The position numbers and the translations under genes were made by a program. From Chthoniobacteraceae bacterium (GTDB lineage: Bacteria; Verrucomicrobiota; Verrucomicrobiia; Chthoniobacterales; Chthoniobacteraceae), in the NCBI GenBank assembly GCA_031409655.1, contig JANNXQ010000019.1, positions 1 to 41,504 of the forward strand: a stretch of DNA of 41,504 bases, given 5' to 3'. Below the pieces are notes generated by a model, which had not been told where the DNA came from, ran no database searches, and worked only from the letters and a program-made list of their open reading frames with translations. Of the stretch, positions 17,917-27,483 are shown piece by piece (the stretch's first letter is position 1; each line of letters opens with the position of its first letter).

Positions 17917-17925
17917 TCGCGAGCC

Positions 17926-19116
17926 ATGAATCCCACCCCGCAGCCCAAGCCCAGAGGCTCGCTCGACCGCGAATCGGAGATGCTCCCGCAGGATCCGCCG
18001 CACTCCGTCGTCCGCTGGATCGGATGGCTGATCCTCGCGCTTTTCTCTGCCGTGCTGGCCGCGTCGATCGTCGTGCGTCTGCCGGAGACGGTGCAGTGTC
18101 CCTTTGTGCTCGTGCCCAAAGACGGCGCCGACCCTATCAAGACGCCTCTGATGGTCGTGATCAGCGAAGTGCGCGTGACCGAGGCGCAGGAGGTCGCCGC
18201 GGGCGACGAGCTTTTCGTGCTGCGCTCGGATGAGATTCGCAACCGGCACACGCAGCTCCGGACCGTGACCGAAGACCTGCGCGCCAAGACCGAAAGCATC
18301 GCGAAGATGGAGGTCTCGCACGCCGCTCAGCTCAACATCAAGCACTCGGAGATTTCCCAGATCGAACGCGAGTTGCTCTTCCGGAAGAAGCACGCCGACA
18401 CCAGCCGCGACCTGGTCGCGCGCCTGAGCAGGCTCGCCGCCGGGGGCGGGATTTCCCAGATCGAACTCGCGCGCCTCGAACTCGACCTCGCCGGGTCGGA
18501 GAAAGACCTGAGCATTACCGAGAAGAACCTCGAAGCGGCGCATCTCGAACGCGAGCGGCTCGAAACCGAGCGGGCGCGCCAGCGCAGCGACGAGCAGGCC
18601 ACCGCGCAGAATCTCAAGTCGCGGATCGACGCGCTCCAACGCGATCTCGAAAACTCCCGGCAGGACTTCCTCTCGATCCGCGCGCCCTACGCTGCAGTCG
18701 TCCTCTCCGTCGCCCGGCGCACTCCGGGCGACGTCGTGCAGGCCGGCGGAGAGCTTTGCCAGCTCGCTCGCATCGACGCCATCCCACACGCCCGCCTGAC
18801 CCTCGGCGAGCGCGGCTTGTCGCGGCTCACGGAAGGCCAGCGCGTGCGCCTTTTTTTCGACGCCTTCCCCTACCAGCGCTACGGGAGCATCACCGGCAAC
18901 CTTGATTGGATCAGCCCCGCGGCTGTTTCGGCGTCCGGGGGACCGCAGTTCGTCGCGCGGACTTCGCTCGGGCAGAATTTCATCCGCGTCAAAGGCGAAC
19001 CCCGGCCCTTGCGAGTCGGGATGAAGGGCGAAGCGCGCATCGTCGTGGGCAGCCGCGCGCTCATCGAATACGCCTTCGAGCCTGCCCGCCAACTGCGCGA
19101 AAACCTGCGCCCATGA
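17926..19116 (+). CDS. HlyD-family type I secretion membrane fusion protein
   Basis: N-terminal TM helix, long coiled coil, FDAFPYQRYGSITG, LRVGMKGEARI. Confidence 0.9.
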   Translation: MNPTPQPKPRGSLDRESEMLPQDPPHSVVRWIGWLILALFSAVLAASIVVRLPETVQCPFVLVPKDGADPIKTPLMVVISEVRVTEAQEVAAGDELFVLRSDEIRNRHTQLRTVTEDLRAKTESIAKMEVSHAAQLNIKHSEISQIERELLFRKKHADTSRDLVARLSRLAAGGGISQIELARLELDLAGSEKDLSITEKNLEAAHLERERLETERARQRSDEQATAQNLKSRIDALQRDLENSRQDFLSIRAPYAAVVLSVARRTPGDVVQAGGELCQLARIDAIPHARLTLGERGLSRLTEGQRVRLFFDAFPYQRYGSITGNLDWISPAAVSASGGPQFVARTSLGQNFIRVKGEPRPLRVGMKGEARIVVGSRALIEYAFEPARQLRENLRP

Positions 19117-19146
19117 TCCCGTCCGCCCTTCCAGAGCCGGAGAGCG

Positions 19147-20685
19147 TCACGCCCACAAGTTCCGATCCAGAGTCCGATACTGGATGGCTTCGCCAATGTG
19201 ATTCGCAGCGATGTGCTCTGCCCCATCGAGGTCGGCAATGGTGCGGGCCACCTTGAGGATGCGGTCGTAAGCGCGGGCGCTCAAATTGAGTTCGGTCATG
19301 GCCATTTTCAACATGCCCTCGGCTTCCTCGCCGAGCGCGCTGTGCGCCTTGATTTGTTTGGCGCTCATCCGGGAGTTCGTGCGCACTTTGCCCTTCTCTC
19401 CGAAGCGCACACGCTGCACCTCACGTGCTCTTTCGACGCGCTCGCGGATGGCCGACGACGCCTCCGCAGGCTCGTTGCTCGCCATTTCCCGATACTGCAC
19501 GGCGGGCACCTCGACGTGGATGTCGATGCGATCGAGGAGCGGGCCGGAGATGCGGTCGCGGTAGCGCTCCACCTGGAGCGGCGAGCAGCGGCACTCACGT
19601 TTCGGGTCACCGAAGTAGCCGCAGGGACATGGGTTCATCGCCGCGACGAGGATGAACTCGGCAGGGAAGGTCATCGAACCTGCGGCCCGGGAGATGGTGA
19701 CGCGTCCGTCTTCCAATGGCTGGCGCAGGACTTCGAGGGTCTGGCGGCGGAATTCGGGGAGTTCGTCGAGAAAGAGGACGCCGTTGTGCGCGATGCTGAT
19801 CTCGCCGGGGGTTGGGTTCGCGGAGCCGCCGAGCAGGCCCGCATCCGAAATGGTGTGGTGCGGGGCGCGGAAGGGACGTGTGGCGACAAAGGAATGCCCG
19901 GGATCGAGCAGGAGGCCGGCGATGCTGTGAATCTTGGTGGACTCGATCGCTTCCTCCAAAGTCATCGGCGGCATGATCGTCGGGACGCGCTTGGAGATCA
20001 TGGATTTCCCAGCGCCGGGCGGGCCGAGCATCAGCAGATTGTGCCCACCGGCGACAGCGACCTCGATGGCGCGTTTCACATGGTGCTGGCCGCGGACTTC
20101 GGAGAAATCCACCTCGTAGTTCTGGTGGCGGGCGAAGAACTGGGTCACGTCCTCCCGGACGGGCTGCAAGGTCGTCTCGCCAGTGAGAAACTCGTAGGTC
20201 TCGCGGAGATTCCGCACGCCGAAGACGTCGATCCCGCTGACCATCGCCGCCTCGCGGGCGTTCTCGGCGGGCACGACCGCGGCCCTCCGCCCCCGGTTCC
20301 GGGCTTCGATGACAACGGGGAGCACGCCTCTCACGGGTCGCACCTGTCCAGTGAGGGCGAGTTCGCCGACGATGCAGTAGTGCTCGGCGTTCGGGATCTC
20401 GACTTCCTGGGAGGCGGAGATCATCCCGAGGGCGATGGGCAGGTCAAAGGAGGGGCCTTCCTTCTTCACGTCCGCGGGGGCGAGGTTGATCGTCGTGCGA
20501 CCCGGAGGCCAGCGGTAACCGCTGTTGGCGACGGCCGTTGTGACGCGATCCCGACTTTCCTTCACCGCGGTGTCCGGGAGGCCCACGACCACGATGACCG
20601 GCTTTCCCTTGGCCGCGTTCACTTCGATTTCGACCTCGAAAGCATCCACCCCGAAGACCGCAGCCGAGTAAATTTTCGCCAGCAC
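19147..20685 (-). CDS. yifB: YifB/ComM-family Mg-chelatase-like AAA ATPase
   Basis: [56 protein letters not shown] at 20685 preferred. Confidence 0.93.
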   Translation of the reverse strand: MLAKIYSAAVFGVDAFEVEIEVNAAKGKPVIVVVGLPDTAVKESRDRVTTAVANSGYRWPPGRTTINLAPADVKKEGPSFDLPIALGMISASQEVEIPNAEHYCIVGELALTGQVRPVRGVLPVVIEARNRGRRAAVVPAENAREAAMVSGIDVFGVRNLRETYEFLTGETTLQPVREDVTQFFARHQNYEVDFSEVRGQHHVKRAIEVAVAGGHNLLMLGPPGAGKSMISKRVPTIMPPMTLEEAIESTKIHSIAGLLLDPGHSFVATRPFRAPHHTISDAGLLGGSANPTPGEISIAHNGVLFLDELPEFRRQTLEVLRQPLEDGRVTISRAAGSMTFPAEFILVAAMNPCPCGYFGDPKRECRCSPLQVERYRDRISGPLLDRIDIHVEVPAVQYREMASNEPAEASSAIRERVERAREVQRVRFGEKGKVRTNSRMSAKQIKAHSALGEEAEGMLKMAMTELNLSARAYDRILKVARTIADLDGAEHIAANHIGEAIQYRTLDRNLWA

Positions 20686-20955
20686 AAACGGACGGTGGCA
20701 GAAGGCCACGGGGAAGTAAAAAGCTTTGAACGTCGCCTAAGAAAGCCTGTCTGAGACCGTAATTACTTAATGAAGTTGACTACTGACACCGAGTGATAAA
20801 AATTTCTTGCCTTCTGCCGCAACCACCCTTTACCCTCGCTAAATCTCAGAAAGCCCCACCCGAACTGAAATAATTCCGTCTGCTGCTCGTCCAAGAAACG
20901 TAAACACTTCCGCACAAGAGTTGCTCCAAAAACGAAAGCTCAGGCACCCAACCCT

Positions 20956-21843
20956 ATGAATTACAAATCTGGCGAAGATTCCGACACTGGAATCAAAATC
21001 TATCTCCGCGAGATCGGTCAGATCCCGCTCCTCACGCCCGCTCAAGAGATCGAGCTCGCGGCAAAAATCAAGAAAGGCGACAAAGAAGCGCGCTCGCTGA
21101 TGATTCGCTCGAATCTGCGGCTCGTCGTCAAGATCGCCCACGACTACGCCAACCTCGGCTTGCCTCTGCTCGATCTGATTTCCGAGGGAAACATTGGCCT
21201 TATGAAGGCTGTGGAGCGCTTCGACCCTGCCAAGGGCGGCAAGCTCTCGACCTACGCAGCGTGGTGGATCAAGCAGTCGATCAAACGCGCGCTGGCCAAT
21301 CAGTCGAAGACCATCCGCCTCCCGGTCCACCTTGTGGACAAGATCTCGAAGATGCGCCGCGTGGCCATGCAGATGAGCGAAGAACTCGGTCGCGAACCCA
21401 CCGACGACGAACTAGCGGAAGAGGTCGGCCTCGCCGCGGGGAAAATCTCGCAGCTCAAGACCGTCTCGATCCGCCCGGCTTCACTTGATGCTCCGATCAG
21501 CGATGACGACTCGACCGAGTTTGGCGAAATCGTCGGTGATCTCGAAGCGTTGACGCCTTTCGAACAGCTCCGCGATGAGAATCTCCGCAGCGAAGTGGGA
21601 GATCTGCTCAAGGTGCTCGATGACCGCGAGAAAAAGATCATCTTCTCCCGCTTTGGGCTCGATGGCGGCAAAGCCAAGACGCTCGAAGAAGTCGGCAAGA
21701 AATTTGGCGTCACCCGCGAACGGATCCGCCAACTCCAGAATATCGCGTTGATGAAGCTCCGTCGGGCGCTCCAGAAGAAGGAGAAGCCGATCGAGCACCT
21801 GCTCCCCGCACACGCGGGATCAGAGCGGGACTTCAACAACTAA
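20956..21843 (+). CDS. RpoD/RpoS-family sigma70 factor (short, no region 1.1)
   Basis: NLRLVVKIA, DLISEGNIGLMKAVERFD, STYAAWWIKQ, TLEEVGKKFGVTRERIRQ. Confidence 0.95.
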   Translation: MNYKSGEDSDTGIKIYLREIGQIPLLTPAQEIELAAKIKKGDKEARSLMIRSNLRLVVKIAHDYANLGLPLLDLISEGNIGLMKAVERFDPAKGGKLSTYAAWWIKQSIKRALANQSKTIRLPVHLVDKISKMRRVAMQMSEELGREPTDDELAEEVGLAAGKISQLKTVSIRPASLDAPISDDDSTEFGEIVGDLEALTPFEQLRDENLRSEVGDLLKVLDDREKKIIFSRFGLDGGKAKTLEEVGKKFGVTRERIRQLQNIALMKLRRALQKKEKPIEHLLPAHAGSERDFNN

Positions 21844-21861
21844 TTCCGCAAACCCTTCACC

Positions 21862-21898
21862 AAGGGCGCGTCTCACGAGGGACGCGCCCTTTGTTTTT
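21862..21898 (+). terminator. Rho-independent terminator after the sigma gene
   Basis: Stem aagggcgcgtc/gacgcgccctt followed by tgttttt. Confidence 0.85.
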
Positions 21899-21939
21899 CG
21901 ACGGGAACGCCGAATTCGCCGCTCCCCTCCCGGAGCCGA

Positions 21940-23343
21940 CTACGGCACGATCCGAAGCTGGATGGAATGAACGCGCTCCTCGCCGGCGAGGATGTCGCTG
22001 ACGATGACGAGATGGTCGCCGGATTGGGCGAGTCCGTGCTCGATCAGGTACTTGATCGCGGAACCGACGGTGCGGGCCGGGTTCGTATCAAAGGGCAGGC
22101 AGTGGGAATAGGTGCCCCAATTCATAGCGAGGCGCCGACAGACATCGTAGCTCGGTGCGAAAGCGTAGATGGGGCGGTCCGGCGGGCGCTGATTGGAGAC
22201 GAAATTCGCCATCTGTCCGCGACGGGTGAAGATCACGAGCTTCGCGTCAGGAAAGGCATTCGCGAGGATCACTGCGGAGTGAACTGCTTTCTCCCGGTCT
22301 TCAGCGAGCAGCGCCTCCTTGGCAAATCCGGCGGCACCGCTCAGCTCGATGCGCCGGGCGACTTTGTCGAGCACGCGCACGCATTCCACGGGATACTTTC
22401 CGACGGTGGTCTCGCCGCTCAGCATCACCGCGTCGGCCTGCTCATAGACGGCATTGGCCACATCGGTGATCTCGGCGCGGGTCGGCACGGGATTCGAGAT
22501 CATGGACTCGAGCATATGCGTCGCTACGATCACGGGGCGGCCTTTGAAGAGGCACCGTTTGATGATCTTCCGCTGGATGATCGGCAGCTCTTCGGCGGGG
22601 CATTCGATGCCGAGATCGCCGCGCGCCACCATGATGATGTCCGTCTTGTCGATGATCGCGTCGATGTTCTTCACCGCGAGCTGATCCTCGATCTTCGCGA
22701 CGATCCGCGCCTTGCTGTCGTGCTCGTGCAAAACCTTCCGCAGGGCGTCCACATCGCCAGGCTCCCGGCAAAAGCTCAGCGCGACGAAATCGACGCCCAT
22801 CTCCGCGCCGACGGCCACATCCGCGAGATCTTTTACGGTGAGCGGCGGCAGGTTCACCTTTACGCCGGGTAAATTGATGTGCCGGCGCGAGCCCATCACG
22901 CCCTCGGTCAGGACGCGGCAACGGATGCGGTGGCCCTCCTTGGCGAGCACCTTCATGTGGATCACGCCATTATCCACGAGCACGGTGTCGCCGATCGAGA
23001 TGTCGTCGATCAGCCCGTCGTAGTTCACGTCCACCGAGTGCAGTTCCTCGCTCTGTTCCCCACGCACGGTGAATTCAAACTCGTCGCCCGGCTTGAGATT
23101 CAGCTTGGTCGGCAGATCGCCGGTGCGGATGGCCGGCCCTTGGGTGTCCATGAGGATGCCCACGATCTTGTCGAGGCTCGTCGCCACCGCCCGGATGCGG
23201 GGCACGATTTGCCGCACCCAATCGTGGGTCCCGTGGCTCATATTCAGCCGGAAGACATTGCAGCCCGCTTCGATGAGGGCGTGGAGCATTTCCGCCGACT
23301 CCGAAGCCGGTCCGAGTGTACAGATGATTTTTGTTTTTCGCAT
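21940..23343 (-). CDS. pyk: Pyruvate kinase
   Basis: MRKTKIICTLGPAS, RLNMSHG, IVAKIE, MVARGDLGIE, PTRAEITDVANA, MLSGET. Confidence 0.96.
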   Translation of the reverse strand: MRKTKIICTLGPASESAEMLHALIEAGCNVFRLNMSHGTHDWVRQIVPRIRAVATSLDKIVGILMDTQGPAIRTGDLPTKLNLKPGDEFEFTVRGEQSEELHSVDVNYDGLIDDISIGDTVLVDNGVIHMKVLAKEGHRIRCRVLTEGVMGSRRHINLPGVKVNLPPLTVKDLADVAVGAEMGVDFVALSFCREPGDVDALRKVLHEHDSKARIVAKIEDQLAVKNIDAIIDKTDIIMVARGDLGIECPAEELPIIQRKIIKRCLFKGRPVIVATHMLESMISNPVPTRAEITDVANAVYEQADAVMLSGETTVGKYPVECVRVLDKVARRIELSGAAGFAKEALLAEDREKAVHSAVILANAFPDAKLVIFTRRGQMANFVSNQRPPDRPIYAFAPSYDVCRRLAMNWGTYSHCLPFDTNPARTVGSAIKYLIEHGLAQSGDHLVIVSDILAGEERVHSIQLRIVP

Positions 23344-23374
23344 AAACCCTGGTGATCCCTTTTTGTAGAGCGCC

Positions 23375-23776
23375 CTACTTTTTGCGGAGCACGCGCAACG
23401 CTTTCTCTGCGCCATCCACCCGGATGATGAGCAGGCCGGTTTTCGCTCCCGGGCTCGTCGCCAGATAGGCATATTCGATATTCATCTTCGCCTTGGCCAA
23501 TCGGTCCGCAATGCGCGCCAACGAACCCGGTTTGTTACTGTTCTCGATCATCAGCACCTTGTTCTGGATCGCGAGCACGCCGCGCTCTTCAAAGATCGTG
23601 AGCGCTTTTGCCGCATCGCTCGGGACCATGCGGACCACCGAGTGGTCCGCGGTATCCGAGATGGTGAGGGCGTAGATGTTGATATTCGCCTTGGCGAGTT
23701 CATCGCAGACGAGAGCCAGGGTGCCTGGCTTGTTCGCGAGAAAGACGGAGAGTTGATAAGCAATCTCGATAGACAT
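23375..23776 (-). CDS. Tandem ACT-domain (amino acid-binding) protein
   Basis: QLSVFLANKPGTLA...NINIYAL and NKPGSLARI...NIEYAY; ATG at 23776. Confidence 0.88.
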   Translation of the reverse strand: MSIEIAYQLSVFLANKPGTLALVCDELAKANINIYALTISDTADHSVVRMVPSDAAKALTIFEERGVLAIQNKVLMIENSNKPGSLARIADRLAKAKMNIEYAYLATSPGAKTGLLIIRVDGAEKALRVLRKK

Positions 23777-23878
23777 TTGGGTGAGTGTGAGGAGCCCCGG
23801 CGGCTTGCTCAACCTCGAAGTCAGATCCGGAGGAAAAATGGCTGACACCGTGGCCCGCACGGCTTCTCTTGCTGCCCG

Positions 23879-24934
23879 ATGTCTCCTGACCCCGCGTCCG
23901 ACCGCCACCACTTTGCCAGCGACAACTGGGCGGGCATCTGCCCCGAAGCGCTCGCCGCCCTGACGGAAGCGAATGCCGCCCACGCGCCGAGCTACGGCGC
24001 GGATCGCTGGACGGCGGAGGCTTCGCGGCTTTTCTGCGAGGTCTTTGAGCGGGAATGTGACGTCTTCTTTGTCTTCAATGGCACCGCGGCGAATTCGCTC
24101 TCCCTCGCCAGCCTCTGCGAGCCCTACGAATGCGTGCTCTGCCACGAGCACGCGCACATCGCCACCGACGAATGCGGTGCGCCCGGCTTTTTTGCCCACG
24201 GCACCACCCTCCTGCCGCTCGCTGGTGCGCACGGAAAAATCGGCCCCGCCGCCATCGAGCACGCGGCGACTCGGCGCACGGATGTGCATTCGCCCATGCC
24301 ACGGGCCGTGAGCCTCACCCAGTCCACCGAACTCGGCACCGTGTACACCCCACTCGAAATCACCGCCATCGCAGAGACCTCACGCCGTCTCGGGCTGCGC
24401 CTGCACGTGGACGGCGCGCGCTTCGCCAATGCCGTCGCCTCACTCAACGTCCCACCGAGCCGGATCGCATGCGAGGCCGGCGTGGACGTCCTCTCTTTCG
24501 GAGGAAATAAAAACGGCATGGCCTTTGGCGAAGCCGTCGTCTTCTTCAATCGCGACCTCGCCCGCCGCTTCGAGTTCCGCCGCAAACAGTCGGGCCAGCT
24601 CGCTTCGAAAATGCGCTTCGTCGCCGCGCAATGGATCGGCCTCCTGCGCGATGGTGCCTGGCTGCGGCACGCCACCCACGCGAATTCCATGGCCGCGCGC
24701 CTCGACTTCGGCCTGCGCGCGCTACCCGGCGTCGAGGTCCTCTACCGGCGCCAGGCCAATGCCGTCTTCGCCGCGCTCCCGACCGCGCTGGCCGCTGGCC
24801 TGCGCGCGCGGGGCTGGGCCTTCTATGAGGACGTCGGCCCCGACGGTGCCGCCCGCCTGATGTGCTCGTGGGACACGACCACCGAGGACATCGACGCCCT
24901 CCTCCACGACGCCGCAGAATTGGCGAAGCGCTGA
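23879..24934 (+). CDS. ltaE: Low-specificity L-threonine aldolase (PLP)
   Basis: FASDN, NGTAAN, TELGTVY, HVDGARFANA, SFGGNKNG, QLASKMRF. Confidence 0.88.
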   Translation: MSPDPASDRHHFASDNWAGICPEALAALTEANAAHAPSYGADRWTAEASRLFCEVFERECDVFFVFNGTAANSLSLASLCEPYECVLCHEHAHIATDECGAPGFFAHGTTLLPLAGAHGKIGPAAIEHAATRRTDVHSPMPRAVSLTQSTELGTVYTPLEITAIAETSRRLGLRLHVDGARFANAVASLNVPPSRIACEAGVDVLSFGGNKNGMAFGEAVVFFNRDLARRFEFRRKQSGQLASKMRFVAAQWIGLLRDGAWLRHATHANSMAARLDFGLRALPGVEVLYRRQANAVFAALPTALAAGLRARGWAFYEDVGPDGAARLMCSWDTTTEDIDALLHDAAELAKR

Positions 24935-24994
24935 GCTCGCTGGCCCACGTTTGGCTTACGCAAGGTGCGGGCGTAAGTTCGCTCCGGAGGCCAC

Positions 24995-27055
24995 ATGTCT
25001 GCGCCGCAGAAAATCACCCGCATCCTCTTCGACGAATTCCACAGCGAGAGCTGGTCGGTCTCGGCGGAGCGCGCTCGCGAGATGCAGCCGGAGGATCCGG
25101 CGAATGCGTCCTATCAGTTCGCCGCGAACGCCCTCGCGGCGCGCGACTTCATCGTGGAGCGCAATGTCGCCGCGCCCATCGGTGGCAAGACCCTCGCCGG
25201 GGTCGGAGTGCTCGCGCTCCTGCATCCCTGCGATCCGCGCTGGGAGCGCACGACTTCCACCGAATCTCCCGCGCTTTCTCCGGAAGAAATCGAAGCCGTC
25301 CTCGCTTTCGTCAAAGCCGGCGGCGGGCTGCTCGTGGTCACGGAATACGAGCACGCGAAGTACGGCGACAACCTGAACGCGCTGCTCGCGCCCACCGGCA
25401 TCCGCATCGAGAACGGCAAGATCTTCGACCGCACCGCGAGCGTGCATGACAACGCGGAGTGGGTGCTCACCGCGCCCGCGCCGGGATCGCCCCTCGGGCA
25501 CTTGGCGGAAGGTGCGTGCTTTTATCGCGCCGGCTGGCTGCACGTCGAAGGCGACGCCACCGCCGCGTGGCAGGCTTCGCCAAATGCGCATCCACACGAT
25601 GCCACTGTGATCGCGCTCGCGCAGCACGGCGCGGGTCGCGTCGCCGTCGTCACGGACTCCGTGCTCTTCGGCGATGAACGCATCGGCGCGCACGATCATC
25701 TCCAGCTCTGGCTGAACCTCACGCACTGGCTCGCCGCGGCCAGGGCCACCCCGGACCAGAGTCCGCCCACGCGCGCGCCAAACCTCGGCCAACACGCCGC
25801 GTGGCCCAGTCTCCGCGACGCCATCGCCGAACTCCGGCTACGGCAAATGAAGGATGGCAGCGTCGAGCCCGCGCAGCACGCGGAAGCCGCGCGACTCGTT
25901 GGGGAAATCCTGCCCGCACTCGACGCGCTCAGCGCGGAGTTCCCGCACCAAGCAGACTACTTCGCCGCCCTCCCGCAGGACTTTCGCGCGTGGATCGCGA
26001 GTGGCTTTGCGAGGCCGGATTTTGCCGCATCACTCGCCGCTTTCCGGCCAGAGCGGAATCGCCGCGACGGCATCGAGCACCTCGTGCTCTTCCCGATGTA
26101 CACGCCGAACGCGTCCAGCGACACCCGCTTCGAGGCGCTGCTCATGCGCACGCCGTGGCCGGACTGGCTGGCTGCGCTGGAACGCACCCGCTACCGGAAT
26201 CCGAAATTCGTCCCCGGCCACCTCGCCGACTTCACGCGTGGCTACGACAGCGAATGCGCCGTTCTTTTCCCCGAGACCGTGTCCGTCGCGGCGCGCCCGA
26301 CAAATCACTTCGGCGTCATCTTCTGCGATCGCGAAGCACGCCGATTGCAGTCCTGCGCCACCCGCGCCGCCGATGCCGTCGGACTCCAGCTTTTCCCCGA
26401 ACTCGAATGCTGGCTCGGTTCGCTGCCGCTGATCCTCGACACGATGGCGCTCTGGGATCTCATCCACGACGCCTCGCACAGCCTCGGCGAGTTGCCGTTC
26501 GATCCCTTCATGATCCGCCAGCGCGCGCCCTTCTGGATGTATGGGCTCGAAGAGTTGCGCGTCGATCTGCGCACCTTCGGCGAAGCCGCACGGCTCGCGG
26601 AGTCCGGCTTCCCCTTCGCGCGCTACGTTTGCTGGGCCATCCTGCTCGACCGCATCTTCCGGTTCCCCATCACCGGCCCACGCGTGCGGAACTACGACGC
26701 GCTCGGCGGGCAGTTGCTCTTTGCGTATCTGCATCAAAAGGACGTGCTCATCTGGAGCGACAACCGGCTCACGATCCGCTGGACCGCCGTCGCCGATGCC
26801 GTCGCGAGTCTGCGCGACGACGTGCGTGCCCTCTATAAGCTCGGCGCCGATTGCTCAAAGCTCACCTTCTGGCTCGCAGCGCACGATCTCGTCTCCCGCT
26901 CGGTGCGGCCAAATGTGGCCTCCCGCTGGCGGGCTGATGCGCGCGCGATCACTGATGAGGAGGATCCGAAAAAGTGGATCGCGCTGGTCCACGACGACGA
27001 GTTTCCCCTCGGCACCTTTCACCTGAATCTGCAGCGCCGGCTCTCGGAGAAGTAA
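24995..27055 (+). CDS. Fusion of an N-terminal GATase-like/DUF4350-like domain and a C-terminal DUF6421-like putative metallohydrolase
   Basis: LFDEFHSE...GGGLLV...GRVAVVTDS in the N-terminal part; FPMYTPN, GYDSECAVLFPETV, LIHDASHSLG and EELRVD in the C-terminal part. Confidence 0.6.
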   Translation: MSAPQKITRILFDEFHSESWSVSAERAREMQPEDPANASYQFAANALAARDFIVERNVAAPIGGKTLAGVGVLALLHPCDPRWERTTSTESPALSPEEIEAVLAFVKAGGGLLVVTEYEHAKYGDNLNALLAPTGIRIENGKIFDRTASVHDNAEWVLTAPAPGSPLGHLAEGACFYRAGWLHVEGDATAAWQASPNAHPHDATVIALAQHGAGRVAVVTDSVLFGDERIGAHDHLQLWLNLTHWLAAARATPDQSPPTRAPNLGQHAAWPSLRDAIAELRLRQMKDGSVEPAQHAEAARLVGEILPALDALSAEFPHQADYFAALPQDFRAWIASGFARPDFAASLAAFRPERNRRDGIEHLVLFPMYTPNASSDTRFEALLMRTPWPDWLAALERTRYRNPKFVPGHLADFTRGYDSECAVLFPETVSVAARPTNHFGVIFCDREARRLQSCATRAADAVGLQLFPELECWLGSLPLILDTMALWDLIHDASHSLGELPFDPFMIRQRAPFWMYGLEELRVDLRTFGEAARLAESGFPFARYVCWAILLDRIFRFPITGPRVRNYDALGGQLLFAYLHQKDVLIWSDNRLTIRWTAVADAVASLRDDVRALYKLGADCSKLTFWLAAHDLVSRSVRPNVASRWRADARAITDEEDPKKWIALVHDDEFPLGTFHLNLQRRLSEK

Positions 27056-27113
27056 GTCCCGCACGAGCGATCAAGGCATCGCTATCGGCGGCGCGCGCGT
27101 TTAACCTCCCGCA

Positions 27114-27464
27114 ATGCACGTCGAAAAATTCAAGTATCTGATCTGGGCGCAGGACATGGAGCGGGCGGTGCGCTTTTACCGTGAGGTCTTCGACGCGACG
27201 GTGGTGCGGCAATCTGAAATCATGGCCGAGTTGACGATCGCTGGCGGCACGCTCGGGATCCACAGCGGCGGCGAAGGCAAGCGCACCTGGACGGGGCTGG
27301 CCTTTCAGGTCGCCGATCTTTTTGCCGCCTGCGATCTCCTCAAAGCCATGGGCGGTGCAGTGCTCCGCGCGCCGGAGGATACGCCGGAGGAACCCGCGCA
27401 TCTCGCGATGTGCGCCGATCCAGAGGGCAATGAAATCATGCTGACCAAGGCGCGGCACCGGTGA
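27114..27464 (+). CDS. VOC/glyoxalase family protein
   Basis: DMERAVRFYREVF...LAFQVADL...DPEGNEIML. Confidence 0.88.
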   Translation: MHVEKFKYLIWAQDMERAVRFYREVFDATVVRQSEIMAELTIAGGTLGIHSGGEGKRTWTGLAFQVADLFAACDLLKAMGGAVLRAPEDTPEEPAHLAMCADPEGNEIMLTKARHR

Positions 27465-27483
27465 GGTCCCGGAGCGTACCGGG

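Noticed and set aside
4129..19147. RiPP locus as an integrated mobile element at yifB/comM
   Set aside because: yifB is intact, and I saw no integrase, transposase or flanking direct repeat.
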